Below are positions 37,382-49,910 of a stretch of DNA of 64,000 bases, one piece after another. A program made the position numbers and the translations under genes. The notes beneath the pieces were generated by a model. That model was not told where the DNA came from. It saw nothing but the letters and a program-made list of their open reading frames with translations, and searched no databases. Source of the stretch: Callorhinchus milii (Eukaryota); NCBI RefSeq assembly GCF_018977255.1, contig NW_024704743.1, positions 992,001 through 1,056,000 of the forward strand, in the 5' to 3' direction. Numbering within the stretch: the stretch's first letter is position 1; each line of letters begins with the position of its first letter.

Positions 37382-37648
37382 CTTTGACTTTCAACGTAGC
37401 AGAGCTCTGCCGGTCCCCAGTATCACAGGTGTAGTCTCCGGCATCTTCCAGCTTCAGCTTGTGAATAAGTAACTCAACTCTGGATCCTTTCTGCTTCATT
37501 TCATACTTGTCGCTTGAGTGAAGCCCCACAGATCCCTTCCTCCATGTCACTGGGGCGTCAGGTTTAGTAACCTCACAGCTCAGGGCGGCCGTACTGTCCT
37601 CTTCAGCCTCTACATTCTGAAGCTCTCGTTTGAAAAGCGCTGGCAGGG
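37382..37648 (-). CDS. OBSCN: Obscurin Ig exon, type A near-identical copy 2 (267 bp)
   Basis: tccctcag acceptor, gtagga donor; open frame. Confidence 0.92.
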
Positions 37649-38517
37649 CTGAGGGAGACAGACACACAGTTTATTTCTAATTCGGTGGATTTTACTAATT
37701 AGCCAAACCTGATTGATTCAGATGGCAGGGCTGAGAGAAACAATAATTTTACTTCTGTAGAATGGCAGAACTGTTCGAGGGGCTGTTTCTACGTTTCTAA
37801 ATAATACTCTGGCTAACCTACACAAGTAACATCCCACAAACAGCAAGGAATGACCGATTAATCCCGTTGTATGGGGAATGAATTTGGATTAGGGGCAATA
37901 TTGACCAGAACTCTGTGTTCTTTGAAACAGAATCATGAATACTTTAAGCTTCCAAGTTGTTTAATTCCTCATTCGAAACATCTTGCACCACGGTGCTGGG
38001 TTTGATGCACGTCATGTTGTGACACAAGAATTGGAGTTGTTTTGGGTCAGATGGGTATCTGACACATGCAGAAACCCATTGCCATGTTTAGGAATATCCT
38101 AACCACCTGGCCAGCCATTGCCAACACTATCTGGCAAGCTTCGCCTGCTTGTCCAGCTGGGACCACCGATAGGGTTTTACGCTCTGGCTTGCAAGATTAA
38201 TAATAGTCAAGTGGGAAGAATCCCTGACCCCCAGTGACTAGTTTTGCACTCTTAGATCCGCTTGAGTCTAGTATTCAGTTGCCAGACAGATCACCTTGGA
38301 GGCAGCCTGAGCTCCACGCCAAAGTTACCCCTCTTACCTTCTCTTACCCACACACACACACCCACTACCACATACACACATGCACACGCAGAGACACACA
38401 TCAAAGAGGAGAGTCAAGAATTAGAACAATAAATCTGCGCGAATTAAGAAGGTGGATTGTCAGTAAGAGGAGAATCACCAATGATAGAGTTACGGTGAAT
38501 ATTGATGGTTGTCCTAC

Positions 38518-38784
38518 CTTTGACTTTCAACGTAGCAGAGCTCTGCCGGTCCCCAGTATCACAGGTGTAGTCTCCGGCATCTTCCAGCTTCAGCTTGTGA
38601 ATAAGTAACTCAACTCTGGATCCTTTCTGCTTCATTCCGTACTTGTCACTTGAGTGAAGTCCCACAGATCCCTTCCTCCATGTCACTGGGGCGTCAGGTT
38701 TGGTAACCTCACAGCTCAGGGCGGCCGTACTGTCCTCTTCAGCCTCTACGTTCTGAAGTTCTCGTTTGAAAAGCACTGGCAGGG
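38518..38784 (-). CDS. OBSCN: Obscurin Ig exon, type A near-identical copy 1 (267 bp)
   Basis: tccctcag acceptor, gtagga donor; open frame. Confidence 0.92.
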
Positions 38785-39508
38785 CTGAGGGAGATAGTGA
38801 CTTTATTTCTCGAGACACAAATGACCCAAAAATGATATCTATAAACAACACACACATATTTCTAGGCAAACCTGCTGGAAGAAATGTGTTCCGGATATAC
38901 CGTCAAGTTTAAATCCTGCTATTCTCACTGCTGAAAAGAGTTAATAATTCTTTTGATTGCCTTTATTCACCAATGCCACGCAGTGCATAAATTAGACATG
39001 ATACGGCGCTCTATCAAATACAAGGATTATTATTATTATTATTAACCGAAGCGCTACAGCAAATCCAATGAACCGCCATGAGCCATCTTTGCGAACTGTT
39101 CAAATTTAGGAAAGGAGAACGTATCTAAAACGCCCAATTCACTTGCGGATGCTGGATATTGGCAGTTCCCATTTGGATCATGCACAACCTGCGTTTGCAA
39201 AATGTAACTCCTTTAATGCCCGATGAGATCTTGCATTGGTGCTGGAACAGCAGTGTGTGTGTGTGTGTGGTACCCTCAGTCTGAAACAATATCTCCACGT
39301 TCAGCTTACTGTTGAATTCTCTTACCAAATCTAATGTCGCTGAACATCTTATTGCAACGAGCAGTACTGATCTGAATACAAACCCGCACTGTGACCAAAC
39401 TCATCTTCCCACCAAGATCCCGATTAAAATAAAGTGACCCTCAACACCCTATGTTATGGTGAAAATCATTAAGGATATAATTATACTGAGGACCGATAGT
39501 TGACTTAC

Positions 39509-39775
39509 CCTTCACTTTCAATGTTGCAGTGCTCTGCTGATCTCCTGTATCGCAGGTGTAGTCTCCAGCATCTTCCAGTGTTAGCTTCTGTATAACCAAC
39601 TCAACGCTGCAACCTTTCAGCTTCATTTTATGCTTGTTGCTTGAATGAAGCCCCACAGATCCCTTCTTCCATGTCACTGGGGCGTCAGGTTTGGTCACCT
39701 CACAGGTCAAGGTGGCCGTGCCATCCTCCTCAGCCTCTACGTTCTGAAGCTCTCGTTTGAAAAGCACTGGCAGGG
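39509..39775 (-). CDS. OBSCN: Obscurin Ig exon, type A (267 bp)
   Basis: LPVLFKRELQNVEAEEDGTATLTC...GDQQSTATLKVK. Confidence 0.94.
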
Positions 39776-40232
39776 CTGAGGGCGTGAGGAATTTTATTTA
39801 TATTACAATTTGCTCAAGGTCAAAACGTGACAATGACTTCTGCACATCTAAGTATAATTCCACTGAGTACAATCTGTCATCGATGATTACTTATGATAAC
39901 TGAGAATGGATACGTCAGCATACAGGTGTTCCAGAATAACAAAGGAACCAGACGTCAACAATTTATTTTTTTAAGTAAAATTTCTTTCCTCATCAGTGGA
40001 CATTCAAGCCCTTTAAGTACTGCAGCACAGTTGCAGACATCTTTCATCTACATCGTTGTGTTCAGTAGTTTATTTACATCAATAATATGGGAGTAAAGGT
40101 CCATATGAAGAAAGGGAAATAACACTATAAGGGCTTATATTAAATGCAAGGATTATTATTATTAGTATCTGTGTCCCCTCCCTCTTGCTTGGCATTCAAT
40201 TGCAAGAAATAGAGATGGCCAACACACAGTAC

Positions 40233-40499
40233 CTTTGACTTTTAGGGAGCCAGTGGTCTGCTGGTCTCCAGAATCACAGGTGTAATCTCCAGCATCCTTT
40301 AGTTTCAGGTTGTGAATAACTAACTCAATGCAAGAACCTTTTTGCTCCATTTCATATTTGTCACCCGGGGTAAGCAGCAGAGACCCCCTCCGCCATTTCA
40401 CTAGGGCGTCGGGCTTAGTAATCTCACAGTGCAGAGTGGCGGTGCCGTTCTCTTCAGCTTCCACTGTCTGAAGCTCTTCTTTGAAAAGCACTGGCAGAA
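40233..40499 (-). CDS. OBSCN: Obscurin Ig exon, type A (267 bp)
   Basis: LPVLFKEELQT...[17 protein letters not shown]. Confidence 0.94.
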
Positions 40500-41249
40500 C
40501 TAAAGGAAGACAGTAATACAATTCAGAACGATCTAGGTTTCAGTTTGTGCATCATAGGTTGCAAAAATAAACCTAACCGACACTGTGAATACCAAAACAC
40601 AATATAAATCACTATATAAATGCAAGTGGGTGTTTTTGTGGTATTGTCAGAAGTGCCATCCTTCAGATCAGACATTAAACTGAAGTCTCGTCTGGCTGTC
40701 CTGGTGAACGATGAAGATCCCATGGCGCTATTCGAAAAGAGAAGGAAGCTTCTCTCTCCCAGTGTCCGGCCAACAAACCCCCAAATAAATTAGTCAATCA
40801 TTTCACAGCTGTTGCTGTGCGCAATTGGCACAGTCATTCCTGTGGGAAATTTTGAGACGTATTGACAAAGTGATAAGGTGCAGTATCAAATGCAAATATT
40901 ATTAAATGTGAATACAGTACAGAAAATATACATTAATAAAAATTTAACACTGGAAAAGCAGGGTAACCGTTGTGTTTTATGTGCTGGGTGAAGACGGTGG
41001 TAAATCTTTTAAGATGAAAATTCACGAGATTCAATTACTACCCCTTAGAACATCCTTCCACCGTGAAAGGCGCTGTATATATTTGCTGCCGCATTTCGCC
41101 CACAAAAATAGAGTCACTACACTTCACAGTATATATCCTGCGAAGCGCTTTGAGATGTCTCGACGACGTGTTAAGGCACTGTATAAAATGCAAGGATTAT
41201 TATTATATAAATGCAAATTGTTGCCGTACGAAAAAGATTGTTGTCCTAC

Positions 41250-41516
41250 CTTTCACTTTTAAGGTTGCAGTGGACTTTTTATCGCCTGTGTCGCACGTAT
41301 ATTCTCCAGTGTCTCCTGGCTTTAGGTCACGGATAAGCAATTCAACGCTAGCGCCTTTTTGCTTCATTTCGTGTTTGTCACTTGAGTGGAGCAGAACCGA
41401 TCCCTTTTTCCATTTCACTGGGGCATCGGCTTTGGTCACCTCGCAGCGCAGTGTTACGGTATTTCCTTCCTGAGCCTCCTCATTCTGAAGCTCCGTTTTG
41501 AAAAGCACTGGCAGAG
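41250..41516 (-). CDS. OBSCN: Obscurin Ig exon, type A (267 bp)
   Basis: LPVLFKTELQN...YTCDTGDKKSTATLKVK. Confidence 0.94.
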
Positions 41517-42105
41517 CTGAGGGAGACAGTCTTTTCAGTATTTAGCTCAAGATGACCTCCCTTGGAGGTATTCTGGAAACTATTAGGTCCGAGGCTGGTG
41601 AGAACCAAAGCTTAGGGTGTATGTTGAGATACTGCTGGGAGTTTAACCAGTTAAAACCGCATATTTACTCACCTCAGCTGTCTCGCTTCTCCATCTGCAG
41701 ACAACTTGTCCGCAAAACATGCAGTGAATTCACTTTACAGTACATTCTGTGAAGCGCTTTGAGACGTCTCGAAGATGTGATGAGGCGCCGTATCAAATGC
41801 AAGGATTATTATTTATATTATTATCTGGAAATCCCAGCGAAAGTAAGACAAAGTTGAAACGCTTTAAAAACACTGATTTTCCAAAACACTGATTGTCCAG
41901 CGCCTTGGGACGTCCTCCCGACGTGAAAAGGCGCTATTCAAATGTAATTTTGTGGTTCTTGTTGTATCGACTCAAAATTAAACTACCCACATACAAGCAC
42001 AGGAGAGCTGACCTTGCTCGTGACAGTTTAGAGACAATCTTGAGAATTACGAGTAAGAAACCTAATAGAGATTGAATGAAAACAGGTGATGAACTGTTGT
42101 CTTAC

Positions 42106-42372
42106 CTTTCACTTTCAACGAGGCTGTGGTTTGCTCGTCCCCAGAATCACAGGTATATTCTCCTGCGTCTTCAAGCTTTAGGTCGTGAATAATCAACTCA
42201 ACCGTGGAGCCTTTCTGCTTCAGTTCATACTTGTCACTGAGCTGAAGTACCACAGATCCTTTCTTCCACTTGACCGGGGCGTCAGGTTTAGTGATTACGC
42301 AGTTCAATGAGGCGTCACTTCCCTCTTTACTTTCCTTATTCTGAAGCTTCTTCTTAAAAAGCACCGGAAGGG
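42106..42372 (-). CDS. OBSCN: Obscurin Ig exon, type A (267 bp)
   Basis: LPVLFKKKLQN...YTCDSGDEQTTASLKVK. Confidence 0.94.
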
Positions 42373-42930
42373 CTAATAGAGGGGGAAAAAAAATAAGGTC
42401 AATCTAAATGTATTGCTGTTGAATCCATAATTTCTTCTGTTGATAATAAAATCCTTGCATTTGATGGCGTGGGTTACAGCTCTGCCACAAATAGCAATTC
42501 CGTGTGAAACAGAAAATGGGGAACAAAACAATACAAAATTGCATAGCGCCTTTCACGTCAGGAGGACGTTCCAAGGCTCTGGAACATCTCTGGATCTCCT
42601 CGGTCACACATCTGCGGTCAGGACTTCAGCCTCTCTGCACCCCCACCCTTTGGAACTCCATCCCACAGTCCCTTCGCCTCGCTCCCTCCTTTACCTCCTT
42701 CAGGCACATCTCAAGACGCTCCTCTTCGACCGCAACTACGGTCATCCTCCTATCCCCACCCTCCCCCCGCCCCTCCTGACCCCAACTCCCAGTCTGGGTC
42801 CAAATCTCTGACGGTCCAGCACCTTGGGACGTCCTCCTGGCGTGGAAGTACCAGGGGATAGGATGGTCAGCCTGGTGTTGGCAATCGAAGTGAGAAATGG
42901 TCATGGTTCTAATGTGCATTTAATTCCTAC

Positions 42931-43197
42931 CGTTAACTTTCAAGGAACCCGTGGTCTGTTGATCTCCGGTGTCGCAGGTGTATCGCCCACTATCTTCAGG
43001 CTTTAGGCTGTGGATTAGCAGCTCGACGACGGGACCCTTTTGCTTCATTTCGTATTTGTCACTGGCACAAAGGACGGTGGATTCCTTTCTCCACACCACT
43101 GCGGTGTCGTCTCTGCTTATTTCACATCTCAGTGTGGCGGTCACACCCTCCTGCGCCTCCTCATTCTGAAGTCCTTTCTTGAAGGTTGTTGGCAAGG
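42931..43197 (-). CDS. OBSCN: Obscurin Ig exon, repeat type A (267 bp)
   Basis: LPTTFKKGLQNEEAQEG...YTCDTGDQQTTGSLKVN. Confidence 0.94.
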
Positions 43198-45264
43198 CTG
43201 ATTGGGGACGGGATTAAAAACAGCATTGCCGTTAATAAACTCCTAGCCTCTTTTCATTTGACATGAAAGGTAAGATGTTTGGAGACTGCAAAAGGTACAG
43301 ACTGTATCCTATTGTGGATATTGACCTCAAAATGGAACGAAATGTCTTGTTATCCAAAGCTTTCAAAATTTGGGTGAAGTAAGGAAGTGATGATGAATCT
43401 TTAGTACAAAGACTTTGGTGAGCCACAGCTAAGGTCGCAGGATGGAACAAAATATCAGCAGTGGCTGTTGGAGCACTATTGACTGGAGCGTTTAAATTAC
43501 CAGTGAGGCATGTGTGGAAAAGGGTATTTGAGGGTATACGGAAAGAGCAGAGAATCGGGATCAGAATTGATGGCTTCATTAGAAGAGCAGAACATCAACA
43601 CTAATATAATTTGCATGTGTGGAATAAAGCAAGAGAGATAATTATATGCATTTCACTTCCAAGTAATCACCCCTATATGAAATACAGCTGTGGTTAAACC
43701 TGTAGTGAACTGAGTTAGCAAGTGTCTCTCGAAGTAAAATATGAATACACAGCAATAAAAAAAACACATGCAGTTAATCAATACTGATGGTCACACATTG
43801 CTGGAAATTGAAGGAGTCCAGGAATAAAATACACATTAAATGGTACAGTTGTGCTGGAAAGCCATCAGCTTTGGTAAATAAGGTAAATACGGCACAACGT
43901 TCCTTCAATTGTAGAATAAACCATTGAAGACTGTTGAAGAAATGTTGATAAGACTACAAATCAAAAGGTTATCTTATTGCCATAGAAAACATTAGCCGGG
44001 ACAACCATCTGAAAGTAGCTGTCCAGTTATTGCCCAAGATACTATGTTTTTTTTTAAGCCGAACAAAAAAAAAAAATCAACCAACATTGCTTGAGGTATC
44101 GGAAATTTACATTAAGAGAAACAATGCAATAAGGTATTGATTGCTCCCCTGGGAAAGACTGGAAGACTTTAATATAAACCAACAGAAGAAATTCACTTGC
44201 CCCTTTTGCAGAGTCTTGTGGAGGATAATGGAAAGACAGTTGGACATATGGGAAATTTGATTCAATAGACTGAAAGCCAATACACATCTGATAGTCAGGT
44301 TGAAGAGTTTTAAGTCTTTTAAGCAGACAGACACTGATGTAGGTTTAAAAATTTTGGTTCACAGCAAACATAAATAAATATGTAGGTATAATAGTCACAG
44401 ATTATTTTGCCCACGTGGCCACTTTACTAATCTTTACTCGCCCGTTAAAAATAAAAATGAAAATTTTACAAATCCTCTATCCTGGTTAGCTCATAAGACG
44501 TTAGCTCAAATGAACAAAAGGACTAAAATGATTTACCGAGTGAATGAAACAAAAATCAAATGACGTAATCAATTGTGACTGATCGAGGATTTAGTTCACC
44601 AGCTTGAAATTTGTGTGTGGTTCCTCAAGTAGAATTTGGGTTAGGCTAAGTGAGGTTTAGACATGCTGGTAAATTTTAGATTAACTGAATACACTATGCA
44701 AGCCTTGTCCGGTGTCTTGGCTAGACAACATTAAAACCGTTGTATCCTGTCACATTGATCACAACAACAATAGGGGGGGGCGGGGGGTGAAAGAAAGGTG
44801 CTGGATAAAATGCAAGGATTATTATTAATAATAATTATTCGTGCCGGTCGGTAACTATGCTACTAAAAAAAGTTTAAAAAAAGACAATAAAAACAGATAT
44901 ACTCGCACATAGACCATGCGATTTAATTTGCGGTATTCTTTAAACCAGATTCGTTTGAATTCCCATCGACACGGGAACACCGCTCTGGAAGTACACCGTA
45001 TTGGAGCAGGATGACGTACTTCCCATTCAGGCAATAACACTTAAGAAATACCGCAAATTAGACGAAGGAAACGTACTCGAATGAAAAACAACTGAAGCAC
45101 CCTGGTTTTGATTGGGACACACACAAGCACAACACGCTTTGTGAGGTGTGACAGGACACGTAATATTAATATTGTCGAACTTTGGGTAATTAGTAAAATT
45201 GTGGAATAACCAATCGTTACTGCACAGGGGTAAACACTACCTCATGAGCAAACGTCTTCCTTAC

Positions 45265-45534
45265 CAGTCACTGTGACAATAGATTTAGTGCTCGATGCTT
45301 CAGTCTGGCATTCATATGTTCCAGCGTCCTTCTGCTCAGCTTTACAAACAGTCAATCTGGCATCATTTCCAGAACGACTGATTCTATGTTTGGACGTATT
45401 TTTCAAAAGCTTTCCATCCTTAAACCACTTAACGAGACATTCTGATTTAGACGTTTCACAGCACAAGGTGACATCCGCTCCTTCAATGACAGCAGTAAAT
45501 TCTGCCAGTTCTTTTGTTACGGTTGGTGGTTTCT
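45265..45534 (-). CDS. OBSCN: Obscurin Ig exon (270 bp)
   Basis: KPPTVTKELAEFTAVIEGADVTLCCETSK...KSIVTVT. Confidence 0.94.
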
Positions 45535-45669
45535 CTAAAACAATATGAACACAGGTTGGCTTTTAACTTTGTAACATGTCCAGTGGGTTGCACTTACCCA
45601 GCTGGACCGAAGAGGTGTGTTGTTTTAGTTTATTTGTGAAGGATGAGTACACAGCCGGGAAGATGTATA

Positions 45670-46012
45670 AAAATAACCCTTGCGCTTGATGTAGCACCTT
45701 ATCACGTCTCAAAGCGCTTCACAGAAACACTGTAAAGTGAATTGACTGTATATTTTGTGGGCGAAACACAACAGCCATTTGCACAGAGCAGCGTCCCACA
45801 AACAGTTGTGGATTGAGTGACCAAATTATTATTTTTTCAATGGGATTACTTCCGCCGGAACGTGATGCGCCAATCGACTAACAACTGGGTTCCTACTTAT
45901 TGCTAGATAAGCTGAGGCGTAAGGAAACTTGTCTAAGGTTTTGCCTCGACAGGGAATCAAGCACGGGTCTTCTCACTTGCGAGGCGAGTGCTCTGACCAA
46001 TACGCTACAGGA
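45670..46012 (-). mobile_element. tRNA-derived SINE, same family
   Basis: Head, body and tail match the family on the minus strand. Confidence 0.8.
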
Positions 46013-46019
46013 AATCCGT

Positions 46020-46258
46020 AGCTGGTTAGACTCCAGCAGTTACCCCAACGCACAGCTCCCCCCGAGTCTTGCCTCTTGCCAACCTGCGCCTAATACTTTC
46101 CAGAATTAGGTAAGCGGGGTGTCCCTCCGGGGAGAGAGTGAGAATCCCATTCCAACAATCTATCTCTGGGATTTCCATGTGTAGTGGGAGGCGGGGAATT
46201 CTCAGTTTGGTTTGGAGACGCTTAAGCAACGGTGATGGGTTTCCACACGGCTGACCAA
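46020..46258. repeat. Unclassified interspersed repeat (copies at about 51640-51860, 46960-47100, 20430-20550)
   Basis: Shared GCTGGTTAGACTCCAGCAGT...GCGCCTAATACTTTCC...GAATTCTCAGTTTGGTTTGG. Confidence 0.7.
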
Positions 46259-46388
46259 AACAAAACATGCTTTTATACACTGCTCTATTGTGAAGACGCT
46301 ATATGTTATATGGAAAGTTTGCTTGGGTTATTTTTTTTTGGGGGTGGGGGTTGGGGTGGTGGGGGGTGGGGAGAGCGGAGGAAATTAC

Positions 46389-46661
46389 CTTTCACTGTCA
46401 AGGCAGCAGAGGTTTTCTGATCTCCGGCATCAAATGTGATAGTACCAGAATCTTTTACTGAGAGTTTTTTAACAGTTAGAGTGTGATAGCCACCTTCCAG
46501 TGACTTGATTTCATTCACATCATTTGTGTGAAGAGGTGTCTTATCCAAGAACCACTGTACACTGTCATAATCTGACGGTGAAATCTTGCACTTAAATGTC
46601 GCGGATTGACCTTCGAGAACGTCAACATCTTCAAGATCTTCGAGAATTCGGACTTTGCGAC
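46389..46661 (-). CDS. OBSCN: Obscurin Ig exon (273 bp)
   Basis: RKVRILEDLEDVDV...WFLDKTPLHTNDVNEI...GDQKTSAALTVK. Confidence 0.95.
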
Positions 46662-48211
46662 CTGTAAGCATCACATAAGAGTTGCACATTTTGTTTTTCG
46701 ACGGGTGTGAGAATGTGCTAGCGCTGTTTTGGATTTCACCAATACGACGTCTGAATTTAGCTCGGACTGAAACTGTGGAAAATTCTCCCACGCTCTGAAT
46801 GATATTTAGCACTGTAAGCCTCGAGTTGTAATTCTAGCGGTTCTGGAATCGAGGGTGGAGGCAGAGAGATAGTATTGGGTGTCATCCTTGTATGTGTGGA
46901 AGTCGGACTAGCAGCAGGAAGCTTTCCGGACAGTACTCTCAACGTAAAGCAATACGGCCTTAGCTGGTTCTACTCCAGCAGTACCCCAATACGCGCTCTG
47001 CAGTTTAGGTAATTCTGGAGAGTTTTAGGCGTAGGTTAGCAAGCGCCAAGGTTTGGGTAGTTAGGCGTTCCCTCCACAGAGAGAGTGAGCATTCCATTCC
47101 AGACAAAGAAAAAGTTTGATATGTTTGCGTCACCTATACGTGGATCTCTTGGTCTGGTATGAGTTTCTGCATGTTTCAGACTTCCAGCTATCCAAAGAAA
47201 AAAGAAAAATGCAGCTCTGGGACTTCGCTGATAGCACAGTGAAATAGGTAAACCACAAGAACAGGAAGGGCCAAGGTTTGATTTTCAATCTGCATTGGGT
47301 TAAGCAACATCAGAAATGATGGCAATTGATGTATTGAAACTGGCCTCATGTCACGAGCAAAGAGAACATTAACCAGGGCTCCCTCTGTTGAATATGAATA
47401 GGTTTCAGCAATCCTGTAATGGAGGTAAGAGTGTGTGGATGTCACTGAGAACCACAAGGAACTCAGCTTTGATGCCCATTACAGTTTAACAGCCTGTTGA
47501 CATTCACTGAGTGGTCCATTCATATGGAGTTACACAGAGTGACAGAACACAGCACGACCCAACGAGACCATCTGAATGATTGTACTCCACACAAGTCCCG
47601 CTCCTCCTATTTCCCTCACCCCTCACTCCCCTACTGCCTCCTCTCTCGTGTATGCATCAATTTTTCTCTTAAATGCATTGAAGCAATTTGTTTTCATCAC
47701 AGCTTTTGACGGTGAGTTCCATATTCTGAGCACCCTCTATCCTCTAAACTCCCGTTGCCCCATTAGTCATAATCATTATTATTACTGGTTATTCATACCT
47801 TCTAGTGTTGGACTCACCAACATAAATAACTCATTAATAATAATAATAACTAATTGGGCAAAGTATCCGAGAGCACCAGCCTGTGGAATTGTAACCTTGC
47901 AGCAAGCAACAACAACAACAACAACTTGCATTTCTGTCATGCCATTCATGCAGGGGGAAATGTCTCGGAGCGCTTAACAGTGACAGAGCCTGACGGCGAG
48001 CCGGGGGAGAGATGACCGTAAGCACGGTCGAAAATGAAGGGATTCAGTCATGATAGCAAAAGAGAGGAAGGAGCGGGCGAGGCGGAGGGAGGGATTGGGG
48101 AGAGAGTTCCAAAGATTCGGGGCGTGGTGGCTGAAGGCCGACAAATGTCAGCGGGATGGGAGGGAAGGAGAGAAATCAAAGTGACGTTAAAAAAAAGAAA
48201 AGATTTCAAAC

Positions 48212-48478
48212 CTGTTACTGTGAGATGAGCTCCTGATTTTGCATTCCCAATATCGCACGTGTAGTGGTCACTGTCACTCCTTTCTAACTGGTTGATGGTC
48301 AGGCTGTGTAAGGTCCCGACTTGTTTGATCTCATATTTCTGATTGGCCTTGAGCTCCACCATCCCCTTCCTCCAAATGACCTTCGAGGTCGGCTGCGCTG
48401 TTTTACACTCAAAAACAGCCACTCCCTTCTCTTCAGTCTTAACGTCACGTAGTTCCTCAGTCAATCGGTTTACTAGTT
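48212..48478 (-). CDS. OBSCN: Obscurin Ig exon (267 bp)
   Basis: LVNRLTEELRDVKTEEKGVAVFECKT...YTCDIGNAKSGAHLTVT. Confidence 0.95.
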
Positions 48479-48847
48479 CTGAAATTGAAGTGCAAATACA
48501 GGCAATACGTGTCATCAATAATAATAATAATAATCATCCGTGCATTTGATGCAGCGCCTCATCACGTCTTCGAGACGTCTCAAAGCGCTTCACAGAATAC
48601 ACTGTAAAGTGGCTGTATATTTTATGGGCGACACTCGGTAACTAATTGTGCACAGCAGTGTCCCACAAACAATCGTGGATTGGGTGACAAAATTATTATT
48701 ATTATCAATTCATATTTCAGAAGCATATATAATAAACGTATCTGACCTACACTTCACGCCCTACCTTGATTTGCCTACAAAATAGTCAGCGCGCTTTAAA
48801 GTACTGGCATAGCAGACGGAAAAATTGGAAATATTTGAAATGTTTAC

Positions 48848-49114
48848 CGGTGATGGAAACTTTAGCTGTAGTTTTAGAAGCCTCGGCCCCACACGTATAC
48901 TCTCCCGCATCCTTCGTGGTGGTTTGATGGATGATTAACGTGTTCTCATTTCCACTCTGAGATATCTCGTACTTCTGACTCTTTCGGATTGCTTTGCCGT
49001 CCTTAAACCATTTGACTGCAGAGACGGGTTTGGAGGCCTCGCAGCTCAGTACAATGTCTTCTCCCTCTACGGCCACCACATTCTCAAGCTGCTTTGTAAT
49101 TTCTGCTGGTTTTT
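48848..49114 (-). CDS. OBSCN: Obscurin Ig exon (267 bp)
   Basis: KPAEITKQLE...WFKDGKAIRKSQKYE...AKVSIT. Confidence 0.95.
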
Positions 49115-49640
49115 CTGAAAGGTGATAATAATCCTTATTTATTTATAAATTAATAATAATAAAAAATATTATTAATACGTCCATTTGATACAGCACCTTA
49201 TCACGTCACCGAGACGTCTCAAAGCGCTTCACAGGATATACTTTAAAGTAGATCGACTGTGTATTTGGTGTGCAAAACGCGGCAACTAATTGCGCACAGC
49301 AGCCCACAAACAGCCATGGAATGAATGACTAATTTTATGTGGGGTGTTGTTAGCCAGGACACCAGGAGAACACCCCCACCACTTCTTTTCACATGGGATC
49401 TTTAATAGGCAGAGGGGACATCAGGTTAACGCCTCATCCGAACCGACAATCCAACACCTCCAAAGCCCTTCGAGGAAGCTCTTAGTGGGAGTCGAAGGGA
49501 TGGGTGGGGTGGACAGATGAATGAAAGCGAGGTCAAAGGGGTATGTTTTGTGACGTTCTGAAGGGAGGGAGGGAAGGAGTTGGAAAAGACTCCAGGATGG
49601 CACAGGACACCCATTCAAAACCGCTGCAGAATCACTTTAC

Positions 49641-49910
49641 CTTTCACAATCAATGAGGCCTTCGAGCTGAGGCTCCGCACATTGAAAACCACTTCTCCCG
49701 CATCCGTAAGACCCACTTCCTTAACGTTCAGCATGTATTTCCGGCCAATGTTGAATGCTTGAAATCGTTCATTGCCTTCCACTGGCTGGCCGTTTACAGT
49801 CCAGTAATACTCATCCACGCTCTCGTGAGAGAGAATACATTCGAAAGACCCGCTTTCTCCTTCCTTAACCTCCGTGCTCTTTAGCCGTTTCGTGATCCCT
49901 ATGTTCAGCT
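49641..49910 (-). CDS. OBSCN: Obscurin Ig exon (270 bp)
   Basis: LNIGITKRLKSTEVKEGESGSFECILSHES...SSKASLIVK. Confidence 0.95.

Noticed and set aside
33174..43197. Regularly spaced repeats with unique spacers, superficially like a CRISPR or cassette array
   Set aside because: The repeats are 267-bp Ig-coding exons with GT/AG sites and the spacers are introns.
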